This document shows, piece by piece, positions 57,991 through 64,000 of a stretch of 64,000 nt of DNA. This DNA is from Candidatus Falkowbacteria bacterium. Lineage in GTDB: Bacteria > Patescibacteriota > Patescibacteriia > CAIXNZ01. The notes under the pieces are model-generated. The model was not told the origin of the DNA and made no database searches. It worked only from the letters and a program-made list of their open reading frames with translations. Position 1 is the first letter of the stretch. Each line of letters begins with the position of its first letter. A program made the position numbers and the translations under genes. Where the stretch lies: assembly GCA_963774955.1 (NCBI GenBank), contig CAVZGV010000004.1, forward strand, positions 3,522 to 67,521, written 5' to 3'.

Positions 57991-59835
57991 ATGCTTTATT
58001 ACTTCTTTGCCATCGCCTACATCCTTGATGCCTTTTTACTGGCGTTATTGGTTGTTTTTATTATTTTAATTGTAAAACTACTAAAATCGCTTGGTCAGGA
58101 CTTTACTTTGCTGGAAAAAATGAGGTTAATTCCGATTTTTTTGACTAAACACTCCCATCAGGCTTTTTTACATCATGCCCTAAAAAATAAAAAAGGTACT
58201 TATCAGGCTCATTATCATAAACATGCGCAAACCAATAAAATCCTAAAGCATTTGATGCATGGGGCTCTGGGCTTTTTAATGCTAAAAGTACTTATTACCG
58301 GATTAATATTCTGGTATATTCCCAAACCGACCGTAGCTCAGCCGATTAAATACTCCTTTACAAACCAAGGTTTTACCAGTTTTAGTAATGGGATCTATAA
58401 TTTGACTCAGTTTGAAAACAACGCCATATTTATCGCGCCAGGTTCTTTATCCGGTAATTACATTTCCCAACCAATTGGCACTGGCAAAATTGCCTATAAC
58501 TGGCAAAGTCTGGCCTGGGAGACTGACCAGGTCTATAACAAGAGGCCAGAATATCCGTCAACAAAAATTGCTGTCTGGTCTATGGATTCATTAGAATATT
58601 GTGCTGACGATCTTTCCCATAATTATAACTGCAAAATCAAAAATATCTCTTTAACCAACGGACTTTATCAAACCAAAGCCTATTATTTTGACGGCGAAAA
58701 TTCCAAAGCCAAAATAGAAGCTAATTTATCTATTAAAGATTCTTTTACTATAGGCACCTGGGTAAAATTTGACCAGGATATTTTCTTTGGCAGTGAAGAA
58801 CAAGATTATATCTTCTTAAGCAAGGGCTATGGCAACTATTATATTCCCAAAAACCCGTATCAACTGAAATATAATTATTATTTCGGCATCCTCAATGGCG
58901 CCCTGACTTTTAAATATTGGGTCGATGACAACCAAATGCACTGGGGTCAGGTAAAAAACACCAATACAAATTTTAGTGCTAATCGCTGGTATCATTTGGC
59001 GGTTAGTTATGACAGTAAAAGCAAAGCTTTCAAATTATATATCGACGGTATAGAATATCCGGCAGAGATAACAGACTATGATGATGGCGCTCTCAACCAT
59101 TTTCCCAATACCAGCCCGAATTTGCCGACTTGGATAGGTGGAATCGGTTATCTGTGGATGGATAATGAGGAAAAAATGGTTGATGTGCTGAAAGGCGCTC
59201 TGGAAGAACTTTTTATAACTAATACAGCCATGAATGTCTTGGATTTGAGAAAAATTATTAACCAAACAGGAGAAGTTTATTTTCAGGTCAGGACCTCAAA
59301 TTCACTGCCGATTACCGGAAATTTCTGGGGACCAGGCAACCGGCTTGATACTTATTTTACCCAAAACCAAGCCGATAATCTGAAATTTATTACGCCCAGC
59401 AAATATTTGCAGTATATCGCTTATTTATCCCGACCGATTATGAATTTCAATCCTAAGTTATTTAATGTAACGGTTGAATATAGTGATGGCAAAATCGAGC
59501 CGACTCAAAACCTAAAAATTTCTTTACCTACAACCTCAAACGGTAATAAAAATTCTGATACTTCTAGAGATGTGGTCAAAGAAAAAGAAGCCCTTAATCT
59601 TTTCATTTCTTTATTCAAAACCATGCCCACTAGTGATCAGGACTGGCAATTTATTAATCTAGTGGCATATGATAAAAATTATCAGCGGGATTTAATCCAG
59701 GAGCAAAAAGCTATTACTGCCTTCAGTAAATTTTATAATAAATTGCCCAGCAATAATTTTGATTGGGGCATTATTCACGCGCTGGCCTATTCAGTCAAGG
59801 GCCAGACTTTGATGACTAGCTGGTTAAAAAAATAA
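57991..59835 (+). CDS. Secreted/membrane-anchored protein with LamG (concanavalin-A-like lectin) jelly-roll domain
   Basis: N-terminal TM. DSFTIGTWVKFD ... YIFLSKGYG ... WYHLAVSYD pattern typical of LamG-type laminin-G domains. Confidence 0.5.
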   Translation: MLYYFFAIAYILDAFLLALLVVFIILIVKLLKSLGQDFTLLEKMRLIPIFLTKHSHQAFLHHALKNKKGTYQAHYHKHAQTNKILKHLMHGALGFLMLKVLITGLIFWYIPKPTVAQPIKYSFTNQGFTSFSNGIYNLTQFENNAIFIAPGSLSGNYISQPIGTGKIAYNWQSLAWETDQVYNKRPEYPSTKIAVWSMDSLEYCADDLSHNYNCKIKNISLTNGLYQTKAYYFDGENSKAKIEANLSIKDSFTIGTWVKFDQDIFFGSEEQDYIFLSKGYGNYYIPKNPYQLKYNYYFGILNGALTFKYWVDDNQMHWGQVKNTNTNFSANRWYHLAVSYDSKSKAFKLYIDGIEYPAEITDYDDGALNHFPNTSPNLPTWIGGIGYLWMDNEEKMVDVLKGALEELFITNTAMNVLDLRKIINQTGEVYFQVRTSNSLPITGNFWGPGNRLDTYFTQNQADNLKFITPSKYLQYIAYLSRPIMNFNPKLFNVTVEYSDGKIEPTQNLKISLPTTSNGNKNSDTSRDVVKEKEALNLFISLFKTMPTSDQDWQFINLVAYDKNYQRDLIQEQKAITAFSKFYNKLPSNNFDWGIIHALAYSVKGQTLMTSWLKK

Positions 59836-59852
59836 TTATTAATCTTAATACT

Positions 59853-61274
59853 ATGTTGAAAAAAATTCTTTTTGGCGGACTGATCGCTCTTTGGCTATTA
59901 ACCATGCTGCCGCTCGCAGCCAAAGCCACCAACACCGGCTTACAACCGGGAACTCTGATTAAAGCTGCAAACGCCAGTGTTTATTATTTCGGTGCTGACG
60001 GTAAACGTTATGTTTTTCCCAATGAAAAAACCTTTAAAACCTGGTTTGTCTCCTTTGATGTTATTATTTCCATCAGCAATGAACTCTTATCGGAAATTCC
60101 GATCGGAGGCAATGTTACCTATAAACCAGGGACCAGATTAATTAAAATTACAACTGATCCTAAAGTGTACTACGTTGATTATAACGGCACCTTAAGGCAT
60201 ATAGACAATGAATCTATTGCCAAACAGCTTTGGGGTAATACCTGGTATACTCTGGTTGACGATCTGCCTGATTCTTATTTCGTTAACTATAAAATGGGTC
60301 AACCTTTATCAAGTCCAGCCATACAACCGGCCTCTGCCACCTATTCAATCAACCAGGATAAAGCCTTATCTGATCAGGCTGATCCCACTGAAAATTTAAT
60401 CGGTAAAATCAATTTAACCGGTAAAATTGACGGCAATGTAGCTTTCTTGGACTGGACAACCGAAAGCCTGGAATCTCCCAGCGGCTTTAAGGTTGTTATG
60501 TCTAATGATCCCAATCCTGTTTATCCGGGCAATGACTTTCACTATTTATCATCAGCCGGAACCAGAAGTGATGCCTGGTATGAATTAAATTCCTCAGCCA
60601 CTTATTATTTTCGTGTCTGCCAATATCTGGACGGCAAATGCGGAATTTATAGCAACAACTTAAACCTGACAGTGGCTGGCAGTTCTACTACACCGACCGT
60701 CAGCAATAAATCGATTACCCTCAAACTGACTGCTTCTTCAGCTAACTCTGCCAACTTTGAATGGGTAACTAATTTTAATTCACCTTATGGATACAAAGTT
60801 GTTAAATCAACAGAACCAAATCCGGTTTATCCCGGCAATGATTATCACTATATTGATAATGCCAATGTTAAAGTGGATTCCTGGACTCTGGGCAGCGGCA
60901 CCTGGCATTTCCGAGTCTGCGAATATTTGAACGGAACTTGCGGAGTATACTCCAATGACTTAACTGTAAAAATTGGAACTACTACAACTACAACCAGCGG
61001 TACAATTTCCCTGACCGGCAGTGTCAGCGGTAAAAATGTGTCTCTCAAATGGACTTTAAACAACATGACCTCGCCTTTAGGCTTTAAAATTGTCAAAGCT
61101 GAACATATAAATCCTGTTTATCCCGGGGATGTCTACCATTATTATACTGATTCTGGTTTAAGATCAGATGCCTGGGAAGGCTTGAGTTCAGGCACATACC
61201 ATTTCCGGGTCTGCGAATACCTGGGCGGTACTTGCGGCAAATATTCCAATGATCTGATGTTTACCGTACAATAA
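59853..61274 (+). CDS. Secreted protein with three roughly 110-aa tandem repeats, each carrying a conserved Cys pair (FRVC.YL.G.CG.YSN.L)
   Basis: Signal peptide MLKKILFGGLIALWLLTMLPLAAKA. Three repeats with PNPVYPGNDxHY ... FRVCxYLxGxCGxYSNxL. Confidence 0.5.
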   Translation: MLKKILFGGLIALWLLTMLPLAAKATNTGLQPGTLIKAANASVYYFGADGKRYVFPNEKTFKTWFVSFDVIISISNELLSEIPIGGNVTYKPGTRLIKITTDPKVYYVDYNGTLRHIDNESIAKQLWGNTWYTLVDDLPDSYFVNYKMGQPLSSPAIQPASATYSINQDKALSDQADPTENLIGKINLTGKIDGNVAFLDWTTESLESPSGFKVVMSNDPNPVYPGNDFHYLSSAGTRSDAWYELNSSATYYFRVCQYLDGKCGIYSNNLNLTVAGSSTTPTVSNKSITLKLTASSANSANFEWVTNFNSPYGYKVVKSTEPNPVYPGNDYHYIDNANVKVDSWTLGSGTWHFRVCEYLNGTCGVYSNDLTVKIGTTTTTTSGTISLTGSVSGKNVSLKWTLNNMTSPLGFKIVKAEHINPVYPGDVYHYYTDSGLRSDAWEGLSSGTYHFRVCEYLGGTCGKYSNDLMFTVQ

Positions 61275-61470
61275 TAGAAGGACGTATTATTATTAGCTAA
61301 GGTGTTCCCTAATGCGGAGCACCTTAGTTTTTTTGTATTGACTTTAATTAAAATTGATTATAAAATGATCATATTAATTAAAAATAATTAACCACGGGAA
61401 AAAACTCACAAAAATCTACGGAAAACATAATTCGTGTAATTAGTGAGCCAAAATTTCGTGATTCAGTCAT

Positions 61471-63288
61471 ATGTCCAAAATTATCCTCAAAAATTTTTTA
61501 ATTTTCCTGTTTATTTTTTTGGTCATTGCCGCCTTATTTTCCACTTACAATGCTACAACGGAAAAGCCGGAACAAGTCGGAATTGACCAGCTTATTACCC
61601 AGATTCAAAATGAAGAAGTTTCTCAGATTATTGTTCGTGATGGCAAACTGGACATTACTTTAAACAACGGCAAAAAAGAAGTGTCCAAGAAAGAAATTTC
61701 TGATTCTTTGAGCACGCTTTTAAAAAATTACAATATTGACCCGGTAAAAATGCTTAAGGTCAAAATTGAAGTCAAGGAAAATGAAGGCTTTGGCTTTTGG
61801 GCCATAACCTTACTGCCGTTCCTTATTCCTCTGGTTTTAATCGGCGCTTTTATCTATATCATGATGCGCCAGGTCCAGGGTGCCAATTCCAAAGCCATGT
61901 CCTTTGGCCAAAGCGGTGCTCGTGAGCTTCATCAGAAGGGTAAATCAAAAATAACTTTTAAAGATGTGGCCGGCTGCAAAGAATCAAAGGAAGAATTATC
62001 AGAAGTCGTTGAATTTTTAAGAAGTCCCAAGAAATTTTTACAACTTGGCGCCAAAATCCCCAAAGGCGTACTTTTAATGGGCGCACCCGGAACCGGCAAA
62101 ACATTACTGGCCAAAGCAGTCGCCGGCGAAGCCAATGTGCCTTTCTTTTCAATTTCAGGTTCTGAATTCGTGGAAATGTTTGTCGGTGTGGGTGCTTCCA
62201 GAGTTCGTGACTTATTTAAAAAAGCTAAAAAATCTTCTCCTTGTATTATATTTATTGATGAAATCGACGCTGTCGGCCGCCAGCGCGGAGCCGGGCTGGG
62301 CGGTTCTCATGATGAACGTGAACAAACTTTAAATCAAATCCTGGTGGAAATGGACGGTATGGAAACCAAAATTAATGTCATTGTTATGGCGGCAACAAAC
62401 AGGCCTGATATCTTGGATCCTGCGCTCTTACGACCTGGACGATTTGATCGTCGCGTAGTGCTGGATATGCCCGACATCAATGATCGCGAAGAGATTCTAA
62501 AAGTTCATGCTGAAAATAAACCTTTTAGCGCTGACGTTGATTTGAGAAAAATAGCCGAACGCACACCGGGTTTTTCAGGCGCTGACATAGCTAATGTCTT
62601 AAATGAAGGAGCGATTTTAGCTGCCAGACGCAATAAAAAATCAATTGACCAAATTGACATTTTTGAAAGCATTGAGAAAGTCCTCCTCGGTCCGGAAAGA
62701 AAAAGTCATATTTTATCAGATAAGGAAAAGAAAATTACCGCATACCATGAAGCCGGACATGCTTTAGTTGCCCATGAACTGCCCAATAGTGATCCGGTTC
62801 ATAAAGTTTCCATTATTTCCCGGGGCCATGCTGCCGGCTATACTTTAAAATTACCTCTTGAGGACAAACATTTGCATGCCCGCTCAGAATTTATTGATGA
62901 ATTGGCTGTATTTTTGGGTGGCTGGGTAGCGGAAAAAGAAACTTTTGGGGAAGTTACCACCGGCGCCTCCAACGACTTGCAGCAAGCTACAAAGCTGGCC
63001 AAAAATTTAATTACTCGTTATGGCATGGATGAAGACTTGGGACCGCGGACATTTGGCGAACGTGAAGAACTTATCTTTTTAGGCAAGGAAATTCATGAAC
63101 AGCGCGATTATAGCGATAAAACAGCAGAAATGATAGATCAATCAATCACCAATTTAATCTCTCAGGCTCAAAAAACCGCCAAAAACATTCTAACAAAACA
63201 CAAAGATCAGCTGGACAAAATTGTTGAAGCCCTGATAAAAAAAGAAACCCTGGAGCGAGGCGACTTTGAGGCTTTATTTAAAAAATAA
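61471..63288 (+). CDS. ftsH: ATP-dependent zinc metalloprotease FtsH
   Basis: Two N-terminal TM segments. AAA module [26 protein letters not shown] zinc-binding motif. Confidence 0.95.
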   Translation: MSKIILKNFLIFLFIFLVIAALFSTYNATTEKPEQVGIDQLITQIQNEEVSQIIVRDGKLDITLNNGKKEVSKKEISDSLSTLLKNYNIDPVKMLKVKIEVKENEGFGFWAITLLPFLIPLVLIGAFIYIMMRQVQGANSKAMSFGQSGARELHQKGKSKITFKDVAGCKESKEELSEVVEFLRSPKKFLQLGAKIPKGVLLMGAPGTGKTLLAKAVAGEANVPFFSISGSEFVEMFVGVGASRVRDLFKKAKKSSPCIIFIDEIDAVGRQRGAGLGGSHDEREQTLNQILVEMDGMETKINVIVMAATNRPDILDPALLRPGRFDRRVVLDMPDINDREEILKVHAENKPFSADVDLRKIAERTPGFSGADIANVLNEGAILAARRNKKSIDQIDIFESIEKVLLGPERKSHILSDKEKKITAYHEAGHALVAHELPNSDPVHKVSIISRGHAAGYTLKLPLEDKHLHARSEFIDELAVFLGGWVAEKETFGEVTTGASNDLQQATKLAKNLITRYGMDEDLGPRTFGEREELIFLGKEIHEQRDYSDKTAEMIDQSITNLISQAQKTAKNILTKHKDQLDKIVEALIKKETLERGDFEALFKK

Positions 63289-63303
63289 AAATTAGATTTA
63301 AAA

Positions 63304-63335
63304 GGTCTGGACTGAATGGTCCGGACCTTTTGTTT
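63304..63335 (+). terminator. Rho-independent terminator of ftsH
   Basis: ggtctggac-tgaatg-gtccggacc followed by ttttgttttcc. Confidence 0.75.
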
Positions 63336-63456
63336 TCCTTGAAATTATTGTATAATAAATACAGTTTTAACTTAGATTTAAACTCTCCTATGCTTCCACC
63401 TTCGCTAAAGCTTCGGTGGATAAAAAAGCTATGGGGGGGGTCAAGGGGTAATAAAT

Positions 63457-64000
63457 ATGTACATTTCATACAAAGACATTTTTAAGAATGCTTGGCAAAT
63501 TACCGCCCAAAACCGCGCTTTGTGGATTTTTGGCATTTTTGCCTCGTTTATTTCACTGGAAAATGTCTATGAAATTATTTTTTCTCAGTTTAATGAATTT
63601 AATAATGCCGGCAGTTTCTTTACTCAGGTTTTGAATCTTTATCATACCCAGCTACAAGTCATTGACAACCAGCTTTTAAATCTCAGCCTTTTCACTCAAA
63701 ATTTAAGCGCCTATTTTTCGTTTATGATTTTTGGCGCTCTGATGATTTTAATTATTTGGCTGGCGTTTACTTCCCAAATTCTGGTAATTAAAAGCACTGC
63801 CTTGATCTATCATGGAAAAAAAATAAATCTTTTTTCTATCTTTCACACAAGTGACGCAAAATTCTGGCCGGTCTTTATAATTAATCTGCTGGTAAAATTA
63901 ATATTATATGCCGGCTATTTGGCGCTTAGTTTTCCTCTGCTCTATATGTTATTAATCAGCAGTGTTAACGGTATTTTCCTGGCCAACTTGTTTTTCTTTT
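63457..64000 (+). CDS. Hypothetical membrane protein (3' partial, runs off the window)
   Basis: ORF starting MYISYKDIFKNAWQITAQNRALWIFGIFASF with multiple hydrophobic segments and no stop before position 64000. Confidence 0.35.
   Translation, partial: MYISYKDIFKNAWQITAQNRALWIFGIFASFISLENVYEIIFSQFNEFNNAGSFFTQVLNLYHTQLQVIDNQLLNLSLFTQNLSAYFSFMIFGALMILIIWLAFTSQILVIKSTALIYHGKKINLFSIFHTSDAKFWPVFIINLLVKLILYAGYLALSFPLLYMLLISSVNGIFLANLFFF

Overview
This 64-kb window is compositionally bipartite.

Bases 1 to about 13,600 are high-GC (about 58-60%) and carry a copper/metal-themed locus:
- Two Tat-signal ferritin-like paralogs.
- A tandem array of a roughly 185-aa His/Met-rich domain with Met-rich linkers, ending in a cupredoxin domain.
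- A sortase.
- A roughly 4.8-kb multiply frameshifted secreted beta-helix/beta-propeller protein gene.
- A frameshifted, 5'-truncated Zn/Mn-type ABC importer.

A cluster of four minus-strand tRNAs (Ser-GCT, an aberrant 122-nt Ser-TGA-like, Ala-TGC, Cys-GCA) sits at the composition boundary.

The remaining roughly 50 kb is low-GC (about 33-38%) with housekeeping genes of a small-genome, possibly CPR/Patescibacteria-like bacterium (an inference from gene content). These include SMC-like ATPase, a frameshifted H+-pyrophosphatase, a LysM/M23 peptidase, YifB/ComM, LspA, DksA/TraR, rpsO-NYN-pnp, PgeF, XerC/D, tRNA-Arg, a four-helix-bundle IVS-type protein, tRNA-His, Csp, PilT, PurM-like, an HPt protein, PurL and FtsH.

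The most striking feature is a roughly 5.5-kb array (29640-35130) of about 230-bp units built from four GC-rich boxes (A/B/C/D) separated by 30-40-nt semi-variable segments. Each box is complementary to half of its neighbours, so the array folds into a continuous chain of hairpins of the form N5-6GACA-loop-TCGTCN5-6 with covarying stems. The array is interrupted by a roughly 1.7-kb anomalous-GC insert encoding an IS110/Piv-like recombinase with an extra N-terminal region and a C-terminal zinc ribbon. A shorter copy of the array lies in inverted orientation at 19020-19640, and a covarying roughly 110-nt sub-element of the family recurs upstream of the purM-like and HPt genes next to a conserved palindromic operator.

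Frameshifts are common in the high-GC part and in hppA, so pseudogenisation and indel sequencing error both need to be considered. All calls are from reading the sequence and motif recall; no database searches were run.
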